DNA of 64,000 nucleotides from Anaeramoeba ignava BMAN. Lineage: Eukaryota; Protista; Anaeramoebae. The notes under the pieces are model-generated. The model saw only the letters and a program-made list of their open reading frames with translations, was not told the DNA's origin and did no database searches. This document shows, one piece after another, positions 1 to 13,200 of the stretch. Within the stretch, counting starts at the first letter, position 1, and every line of letters begins with the position of its first letter. The stretch spans positions 62,001 through 126,000 of the forward strand of contig JAPDFW010000069.1 in NCBI GenBank assembly GCA_028826165.1, given 5' to 3'. A program made the position numbers and the translations under genes.

Positions 1-1
1 A

Positions 2-112
2 CCTTATCAAAATTATCAACCAAGATCTAATTATTCAAATCAAAATAGAGGAAGACAAACTCCAAGAAATCCTCCTCATAATATGCCTAATATTAATCCA
101 AACCAAAAATAA
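2..112 (+). CDS. 3' end of an upstream PABP-like RRM paralog (partial)
   Basis: Reads PYQNYQPRSNYSNQNRGRQTPRNPPHNMPNINPNQK*. The first ~40 nt are nearly identical to 7809-7850 in the P/Q/Y linker of the paralog at 5651-8499. Confidence 0.75.
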   Translation, partial: PYQNYQPRSNYSNQNRGRQTPRNPPHNMPNINPNQK

Positions 113-467
113 TTTTTTTCAAGAAAACTTAGTTTCATTTCATTTCTTTTAAATTCAAATTCAATTAAATTCAAATTCAAATTCAATCAAATTCAAATTA
201 AATTAAATTAAATTCAAATTAAATTTAAATTCAAATTCAAATTCAAATTCAAATTAAATTCAATTCAAATTCAAAATTAAAATTAAATTCAAATTCAAAA
301 TTAAATTCAATTCAAATTAAAATTAGTGCTCCATCAAAAAAAAAAAGAAATTAAAAGAAAACAAGAAAAAAAATCAAAAAAAAATAATAAAAAGCAAACC
401 AAACCAAATCAAATCTTTTTTTATATTTTGTGTTTTTGTTTTTGTTTTCAAAAAAAAAAAATCAAAA

Positions 468-2069
468 TTATTTTCTTGAACGATTTACAGAGAATGGATA
501 AGAATAAGGATACTTATTTGAATTTTTGTTTTTTTGATTTTGATTTTGATTTTGATTTTGATTTTGATTTTGATTTTGATTTTGATTTAGATTTTGATTT
601 CGATTTTGATTTTGATTTTGATTTTGATTTTGATTAAAACCAAAATTTGAATGAAAAGAATTTTTTTGAGGATTAGATTTAAAATGAGATTGATGAGCAT
701 TTTGTTGTTCAGTAAAAGAATTATGTTGATTTTCAAATTGTTGATTTTTAGCCATTTGAAGTTGTTGTTCATAAAACTTCATTTTTTGAGAATTTTGAAA
801 ATTTTGAGAATTTTGGGAATTTTGAGAATTTTGTAAATTTTGATAATTTTGATTTGAAAATTCATTCAAAGAATTATTTTTTCTTGAATCAACATTATCA
901 AAAGCTTTCTGACCAGCAACCATATTTTGGTAAACAACAGGCTGGGAAAGAAGATCCGATAAGAGCTGACGGTAGCTTTCGAGTTCATGCTTTTGGTTGA
1001 TGCGGTACTGTTTCTCTAGTTCCAACTGGGATTTTAATTGGTGAATAAGATCAGTTAAATCTTCTCTAGTTTTTATAAGTTCCTCGCGTTCTGACTTTGC
1101 TTCTTCGATTTCCTGAAGCAATTTAACACGGGTCTGTTGGGGTCCGATATTCGGCATATTCCAGAGATCCTGGGTCTGTTCGCCCTGTTGGTGATTCTTG
1201 TGTCGCATCGTGTTGTTTGGCTGTTGGGGTGGCACTCGCGTCACCCCATCTTGTCGACTGTTTGATGGGAAATCCTTGATGCTGATATCCGTTCGATTGC
1301 TTGCTTGTAATCCCAAACACACTCTCCATTGGATTGCGTGAGTGCATTGCGTCAACTCCTCTTCCAGTTTCTTCAGTTTGATTGGCAAATTGATCCATTT
1401 CAGAATGAAATAATGTTTGTTGACTTGTTTCGGGAAAACGAAGTGGTTGATCCAAATGAGAGAAATCTCCGCTCTCTTGTAAATATCCTTTGTTCGCAAA
1501 GTTCTCTTGTTGAAATTCTCCTTGATTTCCTTGTTCAGTGTTTAAATTATGTGTAAAATATTCGCTGTTTGAATTCATTTTCCAAAAGTTGTTTCCGTTT
1601 TTTTTTTTTTTTTATTATAAAAAATAATTGCTTGTTTTAATTTGTTTTGGATTTTTTTCGCATAAATGAAGTTGTGTTACTTTAATTGATCAGGCTTTGT
1701 ATTATTAAATGGTTGTTGTTGATATTCAAATGAGTCAATTATCATTCCTTGTAAATTGTCAGTTTCTCCAAAATAATCGTCTTCAAAAGACTCGTTTTCT
1801 GGATGCCTGAATGAATAATATTCCCACATGTTTTGTTTATTTTTTTTTAGTTTTTTGATACAGTTTTTATTTTATTTTTATTTTATTTTTTTCTTTTATT
1901 TTTTTTTTATTAACTTTTAAATTGAAAAATTTAATAAGAAAAGTAAGAAAAATTTTATATTTTTTATATTTGTTTTTTTGTTCTATTTACCTTACGCTAA
2001 AGAATTTCTTAATTCTTCTATTCTTTCAAGATCTGTTTCTGAAAAAGAATCAGTTTGAAAATATGACAT
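468..2069 (-). CDS. Uncharacterised coiled-coil, N/Q-rich protein; spliced, with an unresolved frame switch
   Basis: Proposed exons 2069-1996 (MSYFQTDSFSETDLERIEELRNSL), 1806-1681 and 1564 onward, joined in frame by GT-AG introns. This frame stops at 1123, while the coiled-coil (KLLQEIEEAKSEREELIK...LELEKQYR) lies in the +1 frame ending at 468. Confidence 0.55.
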
Positions 2070-2215
2070 TTAATTTAAAAAATTAAAAAAGGAAAAATTA
2101 AAATTAAAAAAAAGAAAAAAAATGAAAAAAAATTTAAATTAAAAAAAAACTTTTTTTATTCATTTTTTTTTCCTTTTTTATTTAGTCTTAAAAAAAAAAT
2201 TTTTTTAAAATACAA

Positions 2216-5200
2216 ATGAATAATCAAAATCAATTAATAAAATCCCAAAATCAAATTGAAGAAAAAGGAATGAAATATTTAACTTTGTAAATTAAATAAA
2301 AAAATTAATCATTTAAAATTAAAAAAAATTAATCATTTAAATTTAAAGACATGTTTCAAATCTTCCAGAAAATGTTACTGATTCAACACTTCTTTATTTA
2401 TTTACATCTTTTAATGCAATTTCAGCTAAAGTTGCAAAAGGAATAAATGGAAAATCAAAAAGATATGGATATGTTAATTTTTCAAATTCAAAAGATGCAA
2501 AACAAGCAAGACAAAATTATGATGGAGGAGAATATCAACAAAAAATACTTAGAATTACTCCTAAAATTCCTTTTCAGTTAATTTCTATTTTTATATATTT
2601 TTTTTTGATTTAAATTTTTATTTTAAAAATTCCTTTTTTTAATTTATTTTTTATTAGTGAATTAAAATCAAATAGAAATAATGTTATTGTAAAAGGTCTT
2701 AAAAAAGATTGGTTTGAAGTAGATCTTCGAGAAATTCTTTCAAAAAAGATTTCTTATTGTGATATTATTTCAATTAAAGTTCCAAGAACCCAAACTGGAG
2801 AATCAAAAGTAAAATTTCATTTTTATAAAAATTTAAAATAAATAAATTAATTCAAATTAATAATAATAATAATAAAAGGGATATGGAATGGTAAATTTTT
2901 CAACTGAAGAACAAGCAAAAGAAGCAATTAAATTAACAGGAGAAGTAATTGATGGTCAAACAATGTATAAAATTAAAATCAAAATCAAAATCTAAATCTA
3001 AATCTAAATCTAAATCTAAATCTAAATCTAAATTAAAATCAAAATTAAAATCAAAATTAAAATCTAAATCTAAATCTAAATCTAAATCAAAATCTAAATT
3101 AAAATATAAATCTAAATCTAAATCTAAATCTAAATCTAAATCTAAATCTAAATCTAAATCTAAATCTAAATCTAAATCTAAATCTAAATTAAAATCAAAA
3201 TCAAAATCAAAATCAAAATCAAAATCAAAATCAAAATCAAAATCTAAATTAAAATTAAAATTAAAATCTAAATCTAAATCTAAATTAAAATCAAAATCTA
3301 AATTAAAATCTAAATTAAAATCTAAATTAAAATTAAAATTAAAATTAAAATTAAAATTAAAATCAAAATTAAAATTAAAATCAAAATTAAAATCAAAATT
3401 AAAATTAAAATCTAAATTAAAATTAAAATTAAAATCAAAATCAAAATCAAAATCAAAATCTAAATCTAAATCAAAATCAAAATTAAAATTAAAATCTAAA
3501 TCTAAATCTAAATCTAAATTAAAATCTAAATCTAAATTAAAATCTAAATCTAAATCAAAATCAAAATCTAAATTAAAATATAAATCTAAATCAAAATCTA
3601 AATCTAAATCAAAATCTAAATTAAAATCTAAATCAAAATCAAAATCAAAATCAAAATCTAAATCTAAATCAAAATCAAAATCAAAATCAAAATTAAAATC
3701 TAAATCTAAATCTAAATCAAAATCAAAATCTAAATTAAAATCTAAATTAAAATCAAAATCAAAATTAAAATTAAAATCTAAATCTAAATCAAAATCTAAA
3801 TCAAAATCTAAATCTAAATCAAAATCAAAATCTAAATTAAAATCTAAATCTAAATCAAAATCTAAATCTAAATCTAAATTAAAATATAAATCTAAATCTA
3901 AATATAAATCTAAATATAAATCTAAATCTAAATCTAAATCTAAATCTAAATCTAAATCTAAATCTAAATCAAAATCAAAATTAAAATCAAAATTAAAATT
4001 AAAATCAAAATCAAAATCAAAATCTAAATCAAAATTAATAGCGAAGTTGAACGTTATCAAAATTCTGAAATTAGAGATGATCAATCAAAAAATAATTATA
4101 AAAGAATTTATATTAAGAAATTCCCTGAAAATTACACACAAGAAGATTTACTAAATTTATTCCAACAATTTGGAAATATTGATAAAATTGAAATATCAAA
4201 ATTTGGAAATGCACAAATTTCACATGCATTTATTGATTTTTCAAAACATAAAGAAGCAGTATTAGCTATTGAAAAAATGAATGGAAAAAAAATTGGAATT
4301 CAAGAAATTTATGTTGGAAGAGCAATGAAAAAAGCAGAACGTAAACGCTTTCTTCAAAATTCGCTCACCAAAAAACAATTTTTACATCAAAATAATACAA
4401 TTCAATTCCAATTTTCAGAAGTTGAACAAGTAAAAGATTTTGATTCAGTAAAACTTCGAGAAGAATGTTTAAAAATTGAACCAAAACCACAAATTTTTCA
4501 ATCAAAAATGTATTATAATAAAGATAGTGGAAGACCAGAAACAGGATTTGTTACTTTTGAAAATATACAAGATTTTAAAAGAGTTTTTAATTATTTTGAA
4601 AGTAATCCACCAAGTTATTATCAAGTGAAGAAATTTGAAAAATTTGAAATAAAAAATGAGAAACAAATTGAAAAACAAAATCTAAATCTAAATCTAAATC
4701 TAAATCAAAATCAAAATCAAAATCAAATTGAAAATCAAAATCAAAATCAAAATCAAAATCAAAATCAAAATCAAAATCAAAATCAAATTGAAAATCTAAA
4801 TCAAAATCTTTATGATTATCCTCTATATCCATATCCATCATATCCATATCCATATCCATATCCATCATATCCATATCCTCCATATCCATATCCATATCCA
4901 TCATATCCATATCCTCCATATCCATATCAAGATTTAGATAAAAATCAAAACTCAAACCAAAATTTATATTCAGATCAAAATCAAAATTCATATCAAAATC
5001 AAAATTCATATCTAAATCAAAATTCATATTTAGATCAAAATTCATATTTAGATCAAAATTCAAATCAAAATATAAATCAAAACCAAAATTTATATTTAAA
5101 TCAGAATATAAATCAAAATTCATATCTAAATAAAAATCAAATTCAAAATCAAAATTTATATTTAAATCAGAATATAAATCAAAATCAAAAACGAAACCAA

Positions 5201-5326
5201 ATTCAAATTCAAAATCAAAATCTAAATCAAAAACGAAACCAAAATCAAAATCAATTTAAATTTGATAAATTTATGAAAGACTTAGATCAAATTTCAAAAC
5301 AAAAAAAAGAAAATAAAAGAAAATAA
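2216..5326 (+). CDS. PABP-like 4xRRM RNA-binding protein, copy A (5 exons), with N/Q and PY-repeat tail
   Basis: Four GT-AG introns rejoin LHVSNLPE, KRYGYVNF, VIVKGL, KGYGMVNF, IYIKKFP, HAFIDF and TGFVTF (RNP2/RNP1 motifs). The YVGRAMKKAER linker is PABP-like. No MLLE domain seen. Confidence 0.8.
2965..4041 (+). repeat. Intron 4 of PABP-like A: 1.08 kb mixed hexamer array (AAATCT/AAAATC/AAAATT)
   Basis: Bounded by GTATAA...TTAATAG with strict 6-bp phase; it generates the spurious SK and DL/DF ORFs. Confidence 0.9.
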
Positions 5327-5429
5327 AAGAAAATAAAAGAAAAGAAAAGAAAAGAAAAGAAAATTAAGTTATTTTTTCTTTTGTTTTTTTTATGGTTTTT
5401 TAAAAGAAAAAAAAAAGAAAAAAAGTGGA

Positions 5430-5543
5430 AAAGAAAAAGTGGATAAATTTGTATTTGAACCAACAAAATCACCTTGCATTGAATGAACAATTCTTCTTCT
5501 AGATAAAAATATAATAATCATAACAGTAACTAAAATTGAAATT
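5430..5543 (-). pseudogene. Duplicated 3' fragment of the membrane-protein gene at 8617-10153
   Basis: Nearly identical to ~8600-8715 (ISILVTVMIIIFLSRRRIVHSMQGDFVGSNTN) but truncated at ~5543, with the TGA stop changed to TTA. Confidence 0.75.
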
Positions 5544-5650
5544 TAATTTTAATTTAATTTAAATTAAAAAAAGAAAAAAGAAGACACTTTTTTTTTTTCA
5601 TTTTTTTCCTTTTTTTTTTTATTAATAATTTTCAACTTAATAATTCAATA

Positions 5651-8499
5651 ATGCAAACCACAAACACAAAATCAACCACAACAACAACCACAACAACAAT
5701 TAGCACAAACACAAACACAAAACACAAACACAAACACAAACACAAACACAAACACTGTAAATATAACGAAAATTAAAAATAATTAAAATTAAAAATTAAA
5801 ATTAATTTTAAAATTAAAATTAAAATTAAAATTAAAATTAAAATTAAAATTAAAATTAAAATTAAAATTAAAATTAAAAATAAAATTAAATCTAAAAAAA
5901 AGTCATGTTGGAAATCTTCCAGAAAATGTTACTGATCAACTTCTATTGCAATTATTTGCATCTTTTAATCCAATTTCAGCTAAAGTTGCAAGAGATCAAA
6001 ATGGAAAATCAAAAAGATATGGATATGTTAGTTTTTCAAATCCAAAAAATGCAGAAGATGCAAGAGAAAATTATGATGGAGGAGAATACAATGGTCATAT
6101 TCTTAGAGTTACTCCTAAAATTCCTATTAAGTAATTTAAATAATCTTAATTAATTTTAAATAATCTTAATTAATTTTAATTTAAATTTTATTAGTAAATT
6201 GAAATCAGGTAAAAATAATGTTATTGTAAAAGGTCTTAAAAAAGATTGGTTTGAAGCAGAACTTCGAGAAATTCTTTCAAAAAAGATTTCAAATTGTGAT
6301 ATTATTTCAATTAAAGTTCCAAGAACTCAAAATAAAGAATCAAAAGTAAATTTTCATTTTTATAAAAAATTTAAAATAATAAATTAATTCAAAATAATAA
6401 TAAAAGGGATATGGAATGGCAAATTTTGTAAGTGAAGAACAAGCAAGAGAAGCACTTAAATTAACAGGAGAAGTAATTGAAGGTCAACCAATGTAAATAT
6501 TCAAAATTTAAAATTAAAATTAAAATTAAAATTAAAATTAAAATTAAAATTAAAATTAAAATTAAAATTAAAATTAATATTTAAAATTTAAAATTAAAAT
6601 TAAAATTAAAATTAAAATTAAAATTAAAATTAAAATCAAAATTAAAATTAAAATTAAAATTAAAAATTCAAAATTAAAATCAAAATTAAAAATTAAAATT
6701 AAAATTAAAATCAAAATTAAAATTAAAATTAAAATTAAAATTAAAATTAAAATTAAAAATTAAAATTAAAATTAAAATTAAAATTAAAATTAAAATCAAA
6801 ATTAAAATTAAAATTAAAAATTTAAAATTAAAATTAAAATTAAAATTAAAATTAAAATTAAAATCAAAATTAAAATTAAAATCAAATTAAAAATTTAAAA
6901 TTAAAATCAAAATCAAAATTAAAATTAAAATTTAAATTTAAATTTAAATTAAAATAAATTAATAGTGAAGTTGAACTTTATTTAGATTCTGAATTTAGAG
7001 ATGAACAATCAAAAAAAACTTATAAAAGAATTTATATTAAGAAATTCCCTGAAAATTACACTCAAGACGATTTACAAAATTTATTCCAACAATTTGGAAA
7101 AATTGATAAAATTGAATTATCAAAATTTGGAAATGCACAAATTCCATATGCATTTATTGATTTTTCAAAACATGAAGAAGCAGAATTAGCTATTGAAAAA
7201 ATGAATGGAAAAAGAATTGGAATTCAAGAAATTTTTGTTGGAAGAGCAATTAAAAAAGCAGAACGTAATCGTTTTCTCGCACAACAAAGAATGAGAAGAC
7301 CAGGTTTAATCAGAACAAACACCATCAAATTTGTATTTATTAATAATGAGAAAATAATGATGTTTGATTCAGCAACAATTCGAGAAGAATGTTTAAAAAT
7401 TGAACCAAAACCACAAATTTTTTCATCCAAAGTATTTTATAATAAAGATACTGGAAAACCATCAACAGGATTTGTATGTTTTGAAACAACATTTGATTGT
7501 GAAAGAATATTAAGATTTTTCCAACAAAATCCACATCCTGATTATCAAGTGACAAAACATGAACCAAATATGCACCCAAATCCACAACCAAGAGGAGGAT
7601 ATTATCCAAGACAACCACCACATTTTAACCCTTATTCACAAGGATATCCACCAAATCAATATCCACCAAATCAATATCCACCAAATCCACAATATCAAAG
7701 ATTTACATTCGATCAATCAACTAATCAACAACCACCAATCAAAAATCCTCATCCAAACCCAAGATCTTTTTCTCCAAATCAAAATCCAAATCCAAATTAT
7801 CAACCAAGACCTTATCAAAATTATCAACCAAGATCTAATTATTCGAACCAAAAATTTTCATACAAACAACCAAATAAAAATCAAAATCAAAATGAAAATC
7901 AAAATCAAAATCGAAAATCAAAATCAAAATCAAAATCAAAATCAAAATCAAAATCAAAATCAAAATCAAAATCAAAATCAAAATCAAAATCAAAATCAAA
8001 ATCAAATTGAAAATCAAAATTGAAAATCAAAATCAAAATCAAAATCAAATCGAAAATCTAAATCAAAATCAAAATCAAAATCAAAATCTTTATGATTATC
8101 CTCTATATCCATATCCTCCATATCCCATATCCATATCCATATCCATCATATCCATATCCTCCATATCCATATCCTCCATATCCATATCCATATCCATATC
8201 AAGATTTAGATAAAAATCAAAACTCAAACCAAAATTTATATTCAGATCAAAATTCATATTTAAACCAAAATACAAATCAAAATTCAAATCAAAATTCAGA
8301 TCAAAATTCATATTTAAACCAAAATTTATATTCAGATCAAAATTCAAATCAAAATTTATATCTAAATCAAAATCAAAATCAAAAACGAAATCAAAACCAA
8401 AATCAAAATCAAAAACGAAACCAAAATCAAAATCAATTTAAATTTGATAAATTTATGAAAAACTTAGATCAAATTTCAAAACAAAAAAAAAGAAAATAA
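5651..8499 (+). CDS. PABP-like 4xRRM protein, copy B (5 exons; apparent homopolymer frameshifts)
   Basis: Same four intron positions and RNP motifs as copy A, then a P/Q/Y linker and a copy-A-like PY/NQ tail. Exon 1 reads as a QP/QT repeat in the correct splice phase if two single A's are removed; further slips occur at ~7910-8130. Confidence 0.72.
6493..6965 (+). repeat. Intron 4 of PABP-like B: AAAATT hexamer array
   Basis: Bounded by GTAAAT...TAATAG; 473 nt versus 1077 nt at the same position in copy A. Confidence 0.88.
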
Positions 8500-8616
8500 A
8501 AGAAAATAAAAGAAAATAAAAGAAAAGAAAAGAAAATTAAGTTATTTTTTCTTTTGTTTTTTTTATGGTTTTTTAAAAGAAAAAAAAAAGAAAAAAAGTG
8601 GAAAAGAAAAAGTGGA

Positions 8617-10153
8617 TCAATTTGTATTTGAACCAACAAAATCACCTTGCATTGAATGAACAATTCTTCTTCTAGATAAAAATATAATAATCATAACAGT
8701 AACTAAAATTGAAATTGAAAGTAAAAGGATTGTAATTACAAGAGTTGCTGTAACTTTTTCATCTGAAGGAGAAGGATTTGTTAAACTAACTCTAATAGAA
8801 AGTGTTTGATTTTCTGTTTGATTGTTATTAAAAGAATAAATAAGCTGAATTACCTAAAATTTAATTTTGGATTTTAATTTTAATTATAATTTTGGATTTA
8901 ATTTTAATTTAAATTTAATTTTGATTTAATTTTGATTTAAATTTAAATTTGATTTAATTTTGATTTAAATTTAATTTAAATTTGATTTAATTTTAATTTA
9001 AATTTGATTTAATTTTGATTTATTTTAATTTAAATTTTGATTTAAATTTAAATTTAATTTTAATTTTTTAAATTTAATTTTTTAAATTTTTAATTTTGAT
9101 TTAATTTTGATTTAAATTTAAAATTTAATTTTTTAATTTAAAATTTAAATTTGATTTTTAAATTTTGATTTTAATTTTAATTAAATTTTTAATTTTTAAT
9201 TTAATTTGGATTTAATTTTAATTTAATTTTGATTTAATTTTTGATTTAAATTTAATTTAATTTTTGATTTTAATTTAAATTAAATTTAATTTAAATTTAA
9301 TTTAAATTTAATTTAAATTTAATTATAATTTTGATTTTAATTTAAATTTTGATTTTGATTTTGATTTAAATTTGATTTAATTTTGATTTGAATTTAATTT
9401 TGGATTTAAATTTGATTTAATTTTAATTTAATTTCAATTTAAATTTTAATTATAATTTTGATTTCAATTTAATTTTAATTATAAATTTGATTTGATTTAA
9501 ATTTAATTTTGATTTAAATTTAATTTAATTTAAATTTAAATTTTGATTTAAATTTAAACCAATTTTGATTTAATTTTGGATTTAATTTTGATTTGATTTA
9601 ATTTTGATTTAATTTTGATTTAATTTTAATTTAATTTTAATTTTGATTTAATTTTGATTTGATTTAATTTAAATTTGATTTAATTTAAATTTGAATAGAT
9701 ACTTGGGCTGTATTATCTTTTGTTCTGCTTTTGTCAATAGTAGAAGATATTTTACAACCAGAATAATAAGTATTTTTTCTTAAATTTAATTGATATTGAG
9801 AAGTTAAATTAGGAAATTGAATTCCTTTAGAGAAAAAAACATCTTGGTCACAATCCTCTGCAAAAATATTTAAATCAAGTTTTGCACCATCTTTTGTTAA
9901 TGAGAAATAAAAATATGTTTGATTACCAGTTGTTTGAAATTCTAGTTTATTATCTCCAACAAATAATTCATTTGGTTGGACTTTATTGATTTATAAAGAA
10001 TGAAAAAAAGATAAAATTTGATAAAAATTTGTTTTAATTTTAATTTTAATTTTATAAATAAATTTTAATTTTATAAATGAATTTTGATTTTTTACTTATT
10101 TGGGTAAAACTGGAAATAATAAAAAATGAAAGAATAAAGAAAATGTAAAACAT
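8617..10153 (-). CDS. Type I membrane protein (signal peptide, ~140-aa ectodomain, one TM helix, short tail); absent from the ORF track
   Basis: Exons 10153-10096, 9980-9703 and 8853-8617 splice in frame: MFYIFFILSFFIISSFTQ...TATLVITILLLSISILVTVMIIIFLSRRR...NTN*. Confidence 0.8.
8854..9702 (-). repeat. Intron filled with degenerate AAATT/AAATC repeats
   Basis: GTATCT...TTTTAG on the minus strand, ~850 nt of low-complexity sequence. Confidence 0.8.
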
Positions 10154-10236
10154 TCTTTTTTTTTTTTTAAAAAGAAAAAAATGAAAAAAATGAAAAAAAT
10201 AATATTTTTAATTTAATTTAATTTAATTAATTTTTA

Positions 10237-13200
10237 TTAGTTATTTTTTAATTGATTATAACAATCATTGCAAACTCTTGTTGGTTTAAAAAAATGTAAA
10301 TCTATTATTTGGATCTTATTTTGAGTACATTCTTTACAAACAACTCTTCCACATTTTCTACAATGATGTTTTCTCATTTTCACACTAAATATCTTATTGC
10401 AAACTTGACAAGAATTAACTTCTTTATCTTTAATCCAATGAGTTGTAATTCCTTCTTCAGGTAAAGACCAACATAAAACTTTTCCATCAAAATGACCTGA
10501 AAAAAACTTTGAATTATCATTAGAAACAAATAATTTAGTAACAGAACTTAGAGATTGAGTTGTTTGCCAAATCAATTTTAATTCTCTAATTTTTATATTT
10601 TCTTTTGTATCTTCTTTTATATCTTCTTTTGTTCTTAAATGCTCAATCTGCCAAAAACATATTTTCCCATTTTCATGCCCTGTTATATATAAATGATTAT
10701 TATTCCATTCAGAAAATCGTGTCATTGTAACAGAACTAATCTTTTCTAATACTGGTTCATTTGTAAATATTTTAGAAACTAATTCATATCCATTAATTGT
10801 CAAAATTCGAATTTCATTTCCTGAACAAACTATAATTTCTCCACTCAAATTATTCATACTCAATCCTGATATTTCATCTTGAAATCCTACAAATTGCCGA
10901 ATAAAACGAAGTTTGTTTAAATCCCAAATAATACAAGTTTGATCTTTTGATCCTGAAATAATAATCCCAAAATTTCTCGAAATAAATAAACAAGTGATTT
11001 TGTTTAAATGTCCATAAAATCTTTCTAATAAATTAAAATCTTGTGTTTTTTTCTCAGATTTCTTGCTTTCAATTCTCCACAAATTCACAACATAATCCTT
11101 GCCTCCTGTTGCCATATATTCTCCACAAGATGAAACAAACAAACATGTAATTTCTGATTCAAAATGAAGTCCTTCTTGTGATGATAATAGTTTATCTCCA
11201 TCAAGAGAATAAATTCTTATCGAAAAATCAATATTTTTCCATGATAAATACTTGCTCACAACACCATTTGGAGCAAGCAATATATTCTTATAATTCCCAA
11301 CAGAAAAGGTTTTATCTCCAAATGAGAAAATATCTCCAATAGGCTCATTTAATTCTTTAACAACACTAAATTTCAAATAATTTGGATAAGAAAAAATTCC
11401 AAGATTAAAATCATCAGAATATTCAGTTGATAATGTGAAAAATTTCTTTTGTTTCTTGGGATGAGCCTTCTTAAAAAGCTGTCGTGGTGTTTGTCCAAAA
11501 TTATTGATTTGTGATAATATTGATTCCAATTCAACTCGATCTTTAATCTTATTGATATTAACAGCTCCTTCATAAGTTAAATAATAAAAAACATTCAGAG
11601 CTTGAACAGCTCGTTTGCCTCTTTGTTTATATCCAAATATCAAATCAATCCATTCATTCAAATGCTCAGAAACATAATCAGATTCCAATGCTTGTCTATT
11701 AATTCTCACAAATTCATAAGCATCTTTATGTGACCAAGGCGGAAGAGTAACACCATCAACTAAATCATTTGATTGTTTTTTCCCAAAATAAAATTTGTTC
11801 TGGTTCATTAAAAATTCAGGAAGATAGAAAAATTCTGGTATAAGCTCCTTCACATCAGACATTGTTACTTTACTTGCTGATAAAAATGTTTTCTGAACTG
11901 AATGGAAAAGTCTTTCTGGATGATCAAATTTTCCTCCTTGAAGATGAACAAATTGAGTTGTAAAAGGTTCCAAACGAATTAAGTAATAAAGAACAATACC
12001 AGCAGAAGAATAATGTGCTCCATAATGGAATTTGGGGATAATTGGATCTTCCCACATTTCATATCTTGTTCGAAATTCATTGGCTCGATTCTCTCCAAGT
12101 GCTCCCATTGGTTTGGATAAATCACGATATATTTTGCTATCTTTGAGATTTATTGTTTCACTTTCATAATCTGCTATAACCCATGGGAAAACAGGATATT
12201 GAGTTAAATCGTTGTATGTTCTTCCAGCCATTAAATTTAATATCATCAAATATTCAAAATTAGATATTTCTCCATTAACCCATTTTTGTGTTGATGAAGA
12301 TTTCGATAATTCCCGAATTGCATAAATCATTTCACTTTCAAATTTATATCCTCGATTTTCGTTCTTTTTGGTTGATATTAATGATAATATTTGTGAAAAA
12401 ATTTCATTTCTTTGTTTCACATTAAAATAAAACAGATAATTGCGTCCATCACCAGAAAAAACTTCTAATGCAATAGGTTGTAATAGATATCTTCTTTTCA
12501 CAACGCCTATCAAATCCGAAATTGGCAATTTTATGCATTTATGCCCAATAATTGAGCTTTTCTGTTTATCATAATTATCATACATTTCAGGAACATTTGA
12601 TTTTTCTTTGGCAGTCCATGAATTTGTAAATGGTTCTTTATTACTATATTCCTCAATTTCAAAAGCAATCAATTTATTTGATAATAATCCACTTAATTTT
12701 TCATCAATTTCAATAATTTCTTGATTAGAAGATACTGCATAATTATCAATTATATAAAGATTATTTGAGCATATGAGTAACAAAGCTGGTTGTGATTCAA
12801 GACCAATAACTCTTGAACAATTATATTTGCGCAATATTTGATGATCTCCTTCTTCAAGCATACGCAAAACTCTTTGATCTTCTTCTTCTTCTTCTTGATT
12901 CTCTTCGTTTATATTTTCATTTTCATTTTCATTTTCATTTACATTTTCTTTTACATTTACATTTTCATTTATATTGATATTTTCATTTTCATTTATAATT
13001 TCTTTTGTATTTTCATTCTCACTTTCATTTTCACTACTTTCATCATCACTATCTCCATTTAATTTCTTTTTATTCAAAAATGAACTGTTATCCATAGAAC
13101 TGAGTTTCTTAGAAATTAAATCTTTCTTTTCTTCATTTTTTTTCTCATCTTGTTCTGGATTATCATCCAATTCTTCATCATATCTTGCACATTCTTTATA

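Noticed and set aside
2933-4154. 383-aa DL/DF and 401-aa SK repeat ORFs
   Set aside because: They lie in PABP-like intron 4; the flanking exons splice in frame, and hexamer repeats are stop-free by construction.
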